A DNA stretch of 40,641 nt, taken from positions 1 through 40,641 of the forward strand of contig QNVF01000005.1 of assembly GCA_004347965.1 (NCBI GenBank), given 5' to 3'. Below are positions 1 to 8,705 of this stretch, in pieces. The first letter of the stretch is position 1, and each line of letters opens with the position of its first letter. A program made the translations under genes and the position numbers. This stretch comes from Candidatus Nezhaarchaeota archaeon WYZ-LMO8. Lineage in GTDB: Archaea > Thermoproteota > Methanomethylicia > Nezhaarchaeales > WYZ-LMO8. The notes under the pieces are model-generated. The model ran no database searches. It saw only the letters and a list, made by a program, of their open reading frames with translations, and was not told the DNA's origin.

Positions 1-92
1 ATGTCACTCATCCACTTCGCCAAGCCCTATAGTGAGGTTCGGTCTAATTTATCCCTAACTCAGCCCTATAAGTTAAAGTTAAAAATAATTGA

Positions 93-323
93 TTAATCAA
101 GGATTATCGAGGTCATGGTGTCTCTGATGCCATTTATTTTATGAATCCTATTTATGAGGAAAGCAGTTAGTGTCTTGGTATTGGCAACTTCAATCTTAGC
201 TATCACATCGTATGGTCCTGTAACTGAATGTGCCTCCTTAACTTCTGGTAGCGTCTTCAATTGCTTTACTACCTCTGAAATCTTGCCAGGTTCAACTCTA
301 ATGTGTATGTAAGCCTCAACCAC
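93..323 (-). CDS. Stand-alone Lrp/AsnC ligand-binding (RAM) domain protein, ~76 aa
   Basis: VEAYIHIRVEPGK...VTGPYDVIAKIE...I.GIRDTMTSI pattern. Start moved to GTG at 323 because the ORF-track extension to 434 overlaps tRNA-Pro. Confidence 0.85.
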   Translation of the reverse strand: MVEAYIHIRVEPGKISEVVKQLKTLPEVKEAHSVTGPYDVIAKIEVANTKTLTAFLINRIHKINGIRDTMTSIILD

Positions 324-404
324 AGGTAAATTATTAGCTTGAAAAATTAAGAATGTTGCGCTTACTAAAGTAGTGTCTGTTGATGGTGAGCATAGGTTCC
401 ATAG

Positions 405-477
405 TGGGGCCGCCAGGATTTGAACCTGGGTCACGAGGGCCCGAGCCTCGTAGTCTACCAGGCTAGCCTACGGCCCC
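405..477 (-). tRNA. tRNA-Pro(CGG), intronless, CCA not encoded
   Basis: Reverse complement folds as a cloverleaf: acceptor GGGGCCG/CGGCCCC, anticodon arm CGAGG-CTCGGGC-CCTCG, T-arm CCAGG-TTCAAAT-CCTGG. Confidence 0.96.
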
Positions 478-566
478 TCACGTAGAGTAACCAGTTGTAG
501 AAGTAAGCTAAAAACACTCTCTGCCATTGCTAGCTAGAGCTCAAGTTTCGAAAGCTATAAGAGAGC

Positions 567-575
567 AATTTAAGT
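567..575 (+). promoter_or_regulatory. Possible TATA box of tRNA-Cys
   Basis: AATTTAAGT just upstream of the tRNA; the spacing (13 nt) is short. Confidence 0.35.
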
Positions 576-588
576 TCTTGTTTTATGG

Positions 589-660
589 GCCGGGGTAGCC
601 GAGCGGTTAGGCGGCGGGCTGCAGACCCGCTTTACAGGGGTTCGAATCCCCTCCCCGGCT
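589..660 (+). tRNA. tRNA-Cys(GCA), intronless
   Basis: Acceptor GCCGGGG/CCCCGGC plus U discriminator, anticodon arm GCGGG-CTGCAGA-CCCGC, T-arm AGGGG-TTCGAAT-CCCCT. Confidence 0.96.
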
Positions 661-982
661 TCAATAAATACACGTGTTCTTAGTCTTCCACTTCTAGAGA
701 ATTAAATCTCTAAGTAGAACTTCTAAATCGATAAGAAGATTGCTTTAATTTAATCATTTTATCACCTTAATAGTGGGGCGGAATATCCTTAAGGTATCTT
801 AGAGCGTTGTACTAGGCAATTACGTTGTCAATTAATGGCTGTTAAGTTCCTCGCAACTCATTGATGTCAAGATAGAAGTTTAGTCAAAACCTAGTTCATA
901 GACCTCTTAATGCCTTTTCATGAGAGGTTCTACATTCCAAATCTGGTGGGGCCGGGGGGACTTGAACCCCCGACCAACGGGT

Positions 983-1040
983 CTCTCGCTCCAGAAGGTC
1001 ATCATCCCATATTGGTCTGCAGACCCGTAAACCATGACTT
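983..1040 (-). ncRNA. 58-nt canonical tRNA-Trp intron carrying a box C/D-type guide
   Basis: ACGGGTCTG (antisense to tRNA positions 35-43) followed by CAGA (D'-like), then ATGATGA (C') and CTTCTGGAGC (antisense to the anticodon region). Same layout as known archaeal tRNA-Trp intron guides. Confidence 0.75.
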
Positions 1041-1049
1041 CTGGAGCCC

Positions 1050-1072
1050 TTAACGTCGGTCAAGAGGCCGAT
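1050..1072 (-). other. 23-nt non-canonical tRNA intron at position 28/29
   Basis: BHB-like motif: central helix GACG/CGTT, bulges AC|A and AA|G, intron helix TCGG/CCGA. Cutting after the second bulge nucleotide restores the anticodon stem exactly. Confidence 0.85.
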
Positions 1073-1126
1073 GTCGTCCTACCTTGCTAGACCACGGCCC
1101 CGCAAAACAAGAAGATCACGTGAGTC

Positions 1127-1137
1127 TTTAAAAACTT
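1127..1137 (-). promoter_or_regulatory. TATA box of tRNA-Trp
   Basis: AAGTTTTTAAAG on the minus strand, about 26-32 nt upstream of the tRNA 5' end. Confidence 0.6.
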
Positions 1138-1149
1138 TATTAGAGGGAG

Positions 1150-1272
1150 TTGCCGCCAGCACGCCCCTTTCCCAGGCCCTCGCGGAGCCCAGTACTCGGG
1201 TGCGCGTTGAGCGGTTTAACTTCCGGGTTCTGATGAGACCGGGTGGGTCCCGCTCACTATGGCCGGCGGCAA
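1150..1272 (-). rRNA. rrf: 5S rRNA, unlinked from 16S/23S in this window; ends approximate
   Basis: Minus strand reads GGCCATAG...CACCCGGTCTCATCAGAACCCGGAAGTTAAACCG...AGTACTGGG...GCGAG...CTGGGAA, closed by the terminal stem GAGTTGCCGCC/GGCGGCAACTC. TTTATA box at about 1298-1303. Confidence 0.95.
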
Positions 1273-1385
1273 CTCTGTATTTTTCTCGGGAGGCCGATAT
1301 AAAGACTTTTTCAATATCTATGCGCTCTTGATTCTGGGAAAAACTTTTTTCTTTGCCTCAAAGTGTAAAGGGGGTGTAAGGGGTC

Positions 1386-2519
1386 GTGATAGCTATCTTG
1401 AATTATGTTCGTCAACTACCTGTAACAGGAGATTACACATACTTACTTGTGTATCTGATTTCCTTAGCCTTCTTCATTTTAATATGGATGTTCTTAGGGC
1501 AAAGATACCAGCTCTACTTGTGGCTTCGAGAAGCTGAGAAAGCTACTTTCAGGCTTGAGGCTATGGCTAAGAAGAGCAGAGAGGTTCTTATAAATGCGAT
1601 AAAGGAGGTAGGGAAGGTCAATAAAGATCCTTCAGAGGAAGTTGATAAGTTCATGGACTTCTTCGTTATAGAACCGGTGGATAGAGATCCCTTTGGTGTT
1701 TTAAAGAGACTTGAGCACATTCTTGATGTGGAAAGGGAGAAGTTTAAGGATGTCGTGGCAAAGGTAGCACCCAATGCAGGCGGTGAGGAGAAAGCTAACC
1801 TCGAGGTCTCTTTCGCAGCGACATGGGCTGTAAACTACATATACAAGTTCGTAAGGCACTACACACTCTTAGGCAAGAAGACCAAAAGTATGCTCGTAAT
1901 AATGCAGATAGTGTACAACCTACCGCTAATAATGAGGTTAGCTGAAGCCTATTTCAACTCGCTAGATCCATTCACTAAGGGTAAGCCTATAGGTGACAGT
2001 GTAGGCCCCATGGTTGCTGCAAAGCTCATGAGGGGCTACCCATGTAAGAACGTTGGAGACGAAATGGTTGCTGCTGAAGTACCCTTCGAGGGAAGACTTT
2101 TAGTGATTGTAAAAGCTGAGGGACCTGGAGGAAGAGTAGGTAAGCCCGGTGAGGCTATAGCTAAGCTTGCTAAGGAGTACAAGGATAGATTGAAGAGAAT
2201 AATAACTATAGATGCTGCCGTCAAGATGGAGGGTGAGGGTACTGGTCAAATAGCTGAGGGGGTTGGAGCGGCTATAGGCGATCCTGGACCTGAGAAATAC
2301 AAGATAGAGCAGGTAGCTCTTGAGCTTGGCATAGGCTTAGATGCCATCATAATCAAGCAAAGCTTTGAGGAAGCCCTCACCACAATGAGAAAAGAGATAG
2401 CTGAAGCAGTGGACAAGGCAATCGAGGTAGTAAAGCGAATCGTTAGAGAAAAAGTGGCAGAAGGAGGAGTTGCTATAATAGCAGGGATAGGTAACACTAT
2501 AGGTGTTGGAAATGGTTAG
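1386..2519 (+). CDS. DUF1512 family membrane-anchored protein
   Basis: N-terminal TM helix; conserved archaeal motifs IEPVDRDPFG, GDSVGPMVA, KAEGPGGRVG, ITIDAAVKMEGE, GIGNTIGV. Confidence 0.85.
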   Translation: MIAILNYVRQLPVTGDYTYLLVYLISLAFFILIWMFLGQRYQLYLWLREAEKATFRLEAMAKKSREVLINAIKEVGKVNKDPSEEVDKFMDFFVIEPVDRDPFGVLKRLEHILDVEREKFKDVVAKVAPNAGGEEKANLEVSFAATWAVNYIYKFVRHYTLLGKKTKSMLVIMQIVYNLPLIMRLAEAYFNSLDPFTKGKPIGDSVGPMVAAKLMRGYPCKNVGDEMVAAEVPFEGRLLVIVKAEGPGGRVGKPGEAIAKLAKEYKDRLKRIITIDAAVKMEGEGTGQIAEGVGAAIGDPGPEKYKIEQVALELGIGLDAIIIKQSFEEALTTMRKEIAEAVDKAIEVVKRIVREKVAEGGVAIIAGIGNTIGVGNG

Positions 2520-2589
2520 CTGCATAAAATTAAATAGTGCACTAAGCCTTCTACCCTCCTTTGCACAAGAGAACATAAATATTATTGAC

Positions 2590-2862
2590 ATGTTAACTAC
2601 GTACTTACTCTTCTTAGTCATCATGCTCTTAGTTTTTAGCCTGCTTTTTTCCGCAACTCGAAGAAGAAGTCCGATGATCATAAAGGCTTTGAAAACGGTC
2701 ACTGTTCTTCAATGCGAAAGGTGCGACTACAAGGAGGAGAGGGAGTTCCAAGCTGGTGACTACGTATTCAAAAAGGTTGGCGAATGCGTAAAGTGTAAGG
2801 GACCATTATACATATCCATGATATATGGGCTTCCGGAGAAAACTGCTTCATCACCGTACTAG
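2590..2862 (+). CDS. Small membrane protein with a C-terminal zinc ribbon; start uncertain (2503 or 2590)
   Basis: TM segment followed by CERC...REFQAGDYVFK...CVKC. Confidence 0.75.
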   Translation: MLTTYLLFLVIMLLVFSLLFSATRRRSPMIIKALKTVTVLQCERCDYKEEREFQAGDYVFKKVGECVKCKGPLYISMIYGLPEKTASSPY

Positions 2863-3752
2863 AAGCTTGTGATCACCTCAACGCCATCTTCACACACTAT
2901 TACTGTATGCTCGGATTGTGCAACAAGTCCTCTGCCTCTTTCCACTAATACGTGGTATCCGTAGAGTGATCCTATATGGGAGAGTTCTATGAGCTTCGGA
3001 AGTGTTTCGCCAGGTATTATGTCTCTAACCCACCTATCACAAAATGGTAGGCTTCTAAATCTGTTCCATATGGTTGCCAGAAGTTCTCTCTCAAACTTCT
3101 TAGCTTTTTTGGGACTAAGATACCTGAAGATATACGCTTCTGAAGAATCAGTTACTAAACCAGCACCATTTGTTGCAAAAGGCTCTATAGCATAAACCTC
3201 ATCGACCTCTAACGATACACTGCTAGAAGTAGCTACGTTAGGTATGCTCTTCTCTCCATGTAACGTATACTGCTTAAGCATGTGACCAGAGAGGTTTCTA
3301 ATAGGCTTAAATCCAAAGCTTTTAATTGTCGATTCTATTAGGGAACCTAAAGTCGATATCTTAACCCCAGGTTTTATAGCGTTTATCGCTGCTTCAAGAG
3401 CTTTTTCAGATGCATGGACGAGGGGCTCGTAGTCATCGGATAAGGCTATCGAAGCTGCAACATCAGCTATAAATCCATTGAAGTGTGCTCCTACATCGAT
3501 TTTCACTAGACTTCGTGGAGGTATCACCGACTGATCCCCTATATATGATGTATAATGCGCTGCCACATGATTGATAGATATGTTACATGGAAAGGCAGGT
3601 TCACAGCCCATTGATCTAATGTAGTTTTCAACATACTCACATATCTCGGTTAGTGGCATCCCCTCGTGGACCTTGCACATAATACTTTTAAGTGCTTGAG
3701 AAGCTGCTTTACCCGCCTTCCTTAAGCACCTTAATGCTTCTTCATCAATCAA
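2859..3752 (-). CDS. map: Type II methionine aminopeptidase
   Basis: AFPCNISIN.VAAHYT, KIDVGAH.NG.IAD, NLSGH, AIEPFAT, AQSEHT. Confidence 0.96.
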   Translation of the reverse strand: MIDEEALRCLRKAGKAASQALKSIMCKVHEGMPLTEICEYVENYIRSMGCEPAFPCNISINHVAAHYTSYIGDQSVIPPRSLVKIDVGAHFNGFIADVAASIALSDDYEPLVHASEKALEAAINAIKPGVKISTLGSLIESTIKSFGFKPIRNLSGHMLKQYTLHGEKSIPNVATSSSVSLEVDEVYAIEPFATNGAGLVTDSSEAYIFRYLSPKKAKKFERELLATIWNRFRSLPFCDRWVRDIIPGETLPKLIELSHIGSLYGYHVLVERGRGLVAQSEHTVIVCEDGVEVITSF

Positions 3753-3836
3753 TATGAGGGCACCTACGACATTTTATTTTTGAGTAAGAAATAGGAAGTA
3801 ATATTTTTTGCATAGAATAAAGGAAAATTTAGAGCT

Positions 3837-4325
3837 ATGAAGGGAAAGCCCTTTAATCTAGTAGCTGTGGGTGGTACGTTTGATAGACTGCATAAGGGAC
3901 ATAAAGAGCTCTTGAGAGCAGCATTTAATATTGGCCGGAAAGTCGTTATTGGCATCACGAGCGACAAAATGGTTGCTAGAAGCAAGAGTAATGCTAAAAT
4001 CAATAGTCTCGAGAAAAGGAGAGAAGTCCTTGAAAAATGGATTAAAGAAGAGGGTTTATGCGACTTAGCTGATTATGAAGTTGTTGTAATAAATGATGTT
4101 TATGGCGTGGCAATTTACGATGAGAAATTAGAGGCATTAGTTGTAAGTGAAGAGACTCTCGAGAGAGCTCTCACGATAAATAGACTTAGAAGAGATAGAA
4201 ACTTGAAGCCCCTCACAATAGTGGTGGTTCCAATGGTATTGGCTTATAATGGCAAGCCTATCTCATCTACAAGAATAAGGCAAGGAGAGATAGACCAAGA
4301 GGGTAGACCATTAATGGTACGCTAG
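3837..4325 (+). CDS. coaD: Archaeal phosphopantetheine adenylyltransferase
   Basis: VGGTFDRLHKGH, GITSD, VVSEET, IN..R, ISSTRIR.GEID. Confidence 0.92.
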   Translation: MKGKPFNLVAVGGTFDRLHKGHKELLRAAFNIGRKVVIGITSDKMVARSKSNAKINSLEKRREVLEKWIKEEGLCDLADYEVVVINDVYGVAIYDEKLEALVVSEETLERALTINRLRRDRNLKPLTIVVVPMVLAYNGKPISSTRIRQGEIDQEGRPLMVR

Positions 4326-4327
4326 GT

Positions 4328-5434
4328 CTAATCTAAATTCAGAATCTCTCTCGACTTATCTATGAAAGCCTTTCTCCTCTCCTGGTGCTCTTTAATAAAC
4401 GATGTCACAACTTCAATGGCAAAAGCTTTGTCCTCGCCGCAGAGCATATCACCGGTCTTGCACCTCCAGTATGTTTCTAATAATTTGTCATCATCCTCCA
4501 CGAAGAAGAACTTGTAAAGGTCGAATATGGGGCATTTTTCAGGCTCTCCACCCAAAGTTCTCTGTTCTTTAGCTGTAGGCCTTCCACCAGTAAAGGCGTT
4601 CTTCAGCTTAAAGGTTATACTCTCAACATCCTCTGTCAAAGTGAAGTAGCTCATGGGATTTCTCTTGCTCATTTTTGAGCTACCATCTAGTCCCCTTATG
4701 ATCTTGTGGTATGTTGCTGAAGGTAATATGAATCCGTATTTCTCCTTAAACTTGTGTGCAAGGTCTCTGCATAACCTGATATGCGGGTCTTGGTCTATCC
4801 CTACAGGAACTAATGTTGGCTTGGGTCCACCAAAGCGCTTTAATTGTGGAAGCAAGATATCGCCAACTTGAATTAAGGCTGACATGTAGAGACCCATATG
4901 TCGTACTCCATAAATAGCCTCCATGGTTGAAAGAGTTACGGCCCTTGCAAGTATGATGGCTAGATCCTTAACGTCGTTCTCCTTCGATTGCCTGTATATG
5001 TAAGAGCGAGAGGGATCTAACCCTAGTGCTAAAGCATCTACAACATTGTCCAAAGCTATCTTCTCACTCTCCTCTAACGGTATTCCGTTGTCTTCGTATG
5101 CTTCTATGTCAGCTATGCAGTAGAAAACTACACCTCCCAATTTTTGAAAGAATATCATCTCTCTCAGGGTCAAGATAGTACCGATATGTAAGGGACCAGT
5201 AGGCTTTATCCCACTCATCACGGCGAAAGGTTGTTGCTTATTTATTGCTTCTACTATGCGCTCAAAGTCCCTATGTCCAAAGATAATACCTCTACGAATG
5301 AATGATGGCTTACAAGGAAGCTTATCAACCAGTCCATCCATTCTCTGAATACCGAACTCCTCGAATAGCTTCTCATAGTTCTCTATCTCAATTGACCCCC
5401 AGGGATCTATGAGGTCCATATTAGATCTCTTCAA
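4328..5434 (-). CDS. trpS: Tryptophan--tRNA ligase
   Basis: IDPWG, RRGIIFGHRDF, HIGT (HIGH), VPVGIDQDPH, KMSKR, AFTGG. Confidence 0.96.
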   Translation of the reverse strand: MKRSNMDLIDPWGSIEIENYEKLFEEFGIQRMDGLVDKLPCKPSFIRRGIIFGHRDFERIVEAINKQQPFAVMSGIKPTGPLHIGTILTLREMIFFQKLGGVVFYCIADIEAYEDNGIPLEESEKIALDNVVDALALGLDPSRSYIYRQSKENDVKDLAIILARAVTLSTMEAIYGVRHMGLYMSALIQVGDILLPQLKRFGGPKPTLVPVGIDQDPHIRLCRDLAHKFKEKYGFILPSATYHKIIRGLDGSSKMSKRNPMSYFTLTEDVESITFKLKNAFTGGRPTAKEQRTLGGEPEKCPIFDLYKFFFVEDDDKLLETYWRCKTGDMLCGEDKAFAIEVVTSFIKEHQERRKAFIDKSREILNLD

Positions 5435-5514
5435 GTTCCACCACCAGAGTTCACTCGCTAACCTTTAAAGTGAAGATTAAAAACTTCCTTATAGCACTGT
5501 CTTTCAATTGTTGA

Positions 5515-7023
5515 GTGGTGTCAATTGAAATGCAACTAGAGCTCTCTGATGGTGAGATTAAGGTATTGAAGTGTCTCGGCGAGGTGAAGAGAGCCATGGA
5601 GGTAAATGAAGTTGCTGAACACACGAGACTAAGCGTGAGCACTGTAATGTCTTATTTAGAAGCGCTAAGCCAGAAGGGCCTAATACAGATCCTGGTAGAA
5701 GATGAGGATTACTTAACCTTAACTGACGAGGGTAGGAAGGATGCTGAGAAGGGCCTTCCTGAAAGAAGAATAGTGGAAGAGGTAATGAAGCTTGGAGGTC
5801 AAGCTGCCCTACAAGAAGTGAGGAGGAGGAGTGGCTTAAGCGATGAGGAGGTTAAGATAGCGCTAGGTTGGCTTCGAAGGAAGGGTATTGGAGAGGTAAC
5901 TGTTGTTGGTGGAGAGAGAGTCGTCAAGGTGAGACAGGGCATTGTAAGTTACTCTGTTGAAGAGGTCTTGAAGAAGTTGGCAGGTGGACATAGAGTAAAG
6001 GTTAAGGATATACCTCAAGAGGTTTTATGGGAGCTCAAGACTAGAAAGCTGATTGAAGTAGTACCTCAGAAGAAGAGGAGCGTTTTATTGACTGATACTG
6101 GATTAAGCGTTCTAGAACAGGCTCTACATGTGAAAGTCGTAGGAGCCTTAACTGCGGATATGATAAAGAGTGGTGAGTGGAAGAGCGTCTATTTAAAGCC
6201 ATACGATATTTCTGCTGAGCCCCCTAAGATATATCCTGGTAGGAAGCACTTTTACGTTGAGTTTCTCGATAGAGTTCGAAGAATACTCGTGGAGATGGGC
6301 TTCATAGAAGCTGAGGGCCCCTATGTCGAGATGGAGTTCTGGAACTTCGATGTGCTTTTCCAGGCTCAGGATCATCCTGCACGGGAAATTCATGATTGCT
6401 TCATACTCCTTGAGCCATCGAAGGGCATTCTCCCTGATAAAAAGCTCGTAGAGCAGGTTAAGAGGATACATGAAGAGAGGTGGGGGTATAAGTGGAGTGA
6501 GGAGCAAGCAGCTAGGCTTATACTTCGAAGTCATACAACAGCAGTTTCAGCTAGATTTTTAGCTGGTAAGCCAAAGCCTCCTGTAAGGATGTTCTGCATA
6601 TCAAAGGTCTTTAGACCTGACGTCATTGATGCTACGCACTTCATAGAATTCACTCAAGTCGATGGAATTTACGGCGATAAGGGAGTGAGCCTTAGGAAGC
6701 TCTTTGGAATTCTGCAAGATTTTGTAAAAAGACTTGGTTTTGAAGACATTAAGTTTAGACCTAGCTACTTCCCATTCACAGAACCAAGTGTTGAAGGATC
6801 TGTATATCATCCAAAGCTTGGTTGGATTGAATGCCTTGGCGCTGGCATGTTTAGACCTGAGGTACTTGAAAGCTTAGGGATAGATTATCCGGTTGCTGCA
6901 TGGGGTATAGGGATAGACAGGCTTGCAATGGCATTACTTCAAATATCAGATATACGTGAACTTTGTTCCCGTAACCTTAAGTTTCTTAGGGCTAGGGTGG
7001 TGGAACCACAATGCCTACTATAA
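5515..7023 (+). CDS. pheS: Phenylalanine--tRNA ligase alpha subunit (archaeal type, N-terminal winged-helix domains)
   Basis: FWNFDVLFQAQDHPARE, LRSHTTAVS, FRPD..DATH..EF.Q, YFPFTEPS, GAGMFRPE, WGIGIDRLAM. Confidence 0.97.
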   Translation: MVSIEMQLELSDGEIKVLKCLGEVKRAMEVNEVAEHTRLSVSTVMSYLEALSQKGLIQILVEDEDYLTLTDEGRKDAEKGLPERRIVEEVMKLGGQAALQEVRRRSGLSDEEVKIALGWLRRKGIGEVTVVGGERVVKVRQGIVSYSVEEVLKKLAGGHRVKVKDIPQEVLWELKTRKLIEVVPQKKRSVLLTDTGLSVLEQALHVKVVGALTADMIKSGEWKSVYLKPYDISAEPPKIYPGRKHFYVEFLDRVRRILVEMGFIEAEGPYVEMEFWNFDVLFQAQDHPAREIHDCFILLEPSKGILPDKKLVEQVKRIHEERWGYKWSEEQAARLILRSHTTAVSARFLAGKPKPPVRMFCISKVFRPDVIDATHFIEFTQVDGIYGDKGVSLRKLFGILQDFVKRLGFEDIKFRPSYFPFTEPSVEGSVYHPKLGWIECLGAGMFRPEVLESLGIDYPVAAWGIGIDRLAMALLQISDIRELCSRNLKFLRARVVEPQCLL

Positions 7024-8699
7024 GCATCAATAGAGATGATCTACTTAAGCTCGTTGGTAAAGGTGATTTAAGCGACAATGAGCTAGCAGAAGCTCTAGAG
7101 CTAATAAAGGCCGAGGTCAAGGTTCTTGGACAAAGCGAAATAATACTTGAAGTTACGGCAGATAGGGCAGAAATGTTCTCCACTGAAGGTATAGCTAGGA
7201 GCTTGAAAGGGTTCCTTGAGATAGAGCTTGGTGTTCCTAAATATCCTGTAATTGACGCTATGGAGAATTTCGTTGTGAAGGTTGATAGATCTGTTATGGA
7301 GGTCAGACCTTTTGTTGCATGCGCTGTTGTTGTAGATTGCAATCTTGGAGAGGAAGGATTGAGACAATTAATACAACTACAGGAAGTTCTTCATAAAACT
7401 CATGGGAGAAATCGTAGGAAGTTCGCCATAGGCTTACATAACTTCGATGTAGTAAAGCCCCCCATAACTTACATAGCTAAGCCACTTGACAGCTTCTCAT
7501 TCGTACCGTTAGGGGAAGATAAGAAGTTGAAGGGAGAAGAGATAGTTGAAACTCATCCAAAAGGTAGAGAGTATGGATGGATTATTAAGGATAAGGGCCT
7601 AGCACCCCTCTTAATAGACTCTAACAACAACATCCTCTCCATGCCCCCAATAATAAACTCTGAGCTTACTAGAGTGACTTCAAGAACTAAGAATCTATTC
7701 ATAGACGTTACTGGGACAGACTTAAAGGCTGTAAGAAATGCTCTGGCTATATTAACCGCAAACTTGGCAGAGAGAGGAGGTAAGATAGTCAAGTTCGTGA
7801 TACATGAAGGTCAAGGATCTGAAAGAACTGAGCCTTCAACAGATTGTAAAGTCGTGACAGTGAGTTACGATAGGTTGATTGAAGTTACGGGAATAGAAGA
7901 ATCACTTGACGTAGTTGTAAGGTGCTTGAGGAAGGCTCGAATGGACGCTATTGTAAGAGGAAGAGAGCTTGATGTCTTAGTACCATTCTATCGAATCGAT
8001 GTGATGTGTGACGTTGATGTTGCAGAGGACTTTGCCATTGGTTACGGTTACAATAGGATAGTCCCTGATGTACCTCCAATAACTACGCGAGGACGTGAGC
8101 TTGAGCTTGCCAGCTTCACAAGGATCTGTCGTGAGCTAATGATAGGATACGGATTCCAAGAGGTGGTAAGCTACATGTTTACGAGCGATAAGAAGCTTGA
8201 TGATGCACATATATACGAGGAGAGAGTCAGAGTAGCTAAACCTGTATCCTCCGACTACACTTGTTTAAGAACTAGTCTCATTCCCTCTCTGCTTGACTTC
8301 TTATCAGAGAACGTTCATGTGGAGTATCCTCAAAAAATATTCGAAGTTGGGGACGTAGTGATAGCAAGTGAAGGCTTTGATGAGAAGAGCTTCTCGGATA
8401 GAAGGCTAGCTGTACTACACGCAGACTATAGAGTCGGCTATGAAGATGTTCAAGCAATATTATACTCACTCTTGAGAGTTCTGAGAGTGGAGTTTAAAGT
8501 GAGGAGTGATAGAAGGGGGCTAATGATAGAGGGACGTTGCGGTTCAATAATTGTGAATGGTGATGCTGTAGGTATACTTGGTGAAATAAAGCCAGAGGTC
8601 CTTCTAAAGTTCGGTATACAAACTCCTATAGCAGCATTTGAAATTAGTCTTTCGAAGGTGTATAAGGCATGGAAGACAGGCATTAATACTCGCTCTTAA
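7011..8699 (+). CDS. pheT: Phenylalanine--tRNA ligase beta subunit
   Basis: MPTI, QLQE.LH...GRNR.K.AIGLH, SMPPIINS, FIDVTGT, DVAED.AIGYGY, LRTSLIPSLL. Overlaps pheS by 13 nt. Confidence 0.97.
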   Translation: MPTISINRDDLLKLVGKGDLSDNELAEALELIKAEVKVLGQSEIILEVTADRAEMFSTEGIARSLKGFLEIELGVPKYPVIDAMENFVVKVDRSVMEVRPFVACAVVVDCNLGEEGLRQLIQLQEVLHKTHGRNRRKFAIGLHNFDVVKPPITYIAKPLDSFSFVPLGEDKKLKGEEIVETHPKGREYGWIIKDKGLAPLLIDSNNNILSMPPIINSELTRVTSRTKNLFIDVTGTDLKAVRNALAILTANLAERGGKIVKFVIHEGQGSERTEPSTDCKVVTVSYDRLIEVTGIEESLDVVVRCLRKARMDAIVRGRELDVLVPFYRIDVMCDVDVAEDFAIGYGYNRIVPDVPPITTRGRELELASFTRICRELMIGYGFQEVVSYMFTSDKKLDDAHIYEERVRVAKPVSSDYTCLRTSLIPSLLDFLSENVHVEYPQKIFEVGDVVIASEGFDEKSFSDRRLAVLHADYRVGYEDVQAILYSLLRVLRVEFKVRSDRRGLMIEGRCGSIIVNGDAVGILGEIKPEVLLKFGIQTPIAAFEISLSKVYKAWKTGINTRS

Positions 8700-8705
8700 A
8701 ACTAG

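Larger units (their letters stand above)
944..1101 (-). tRNA. tRNA-Trp(CCA) with two introns (28/29 at 1050-1072; 37/38 at 983-1040), CCA end encoded
   Basis: Removing both inserts gives GGGGCCG acceptor, ACGGG-CTCCAGA-CCCGT anticodon arm, GGGGG-TTCAAGT-CCCCC T-arm and CGGCCCCACCA end. Confidence 0.93.

Noticed and set aside
1..70. Direct repeat AGCCCTATA (23-31, 62-70) and a possible minus-strand gene start at 11
   Set aside because: Only two 9-nt copies at the window edge; not a CRISPR array and too little sequence to call.
324..434. N-terminal extension of the Lrp/AsnC ORF
   Set aside because: Overlaps tRNA-Pro; the domain starts at GTG 323.
1071..1537. ORFs 1071..1331 and 1259..1537
   Set aside because: They lie antisense to tRNA-Trp/5S rRNA or out of frame within DUF1512, with no protein motifs.
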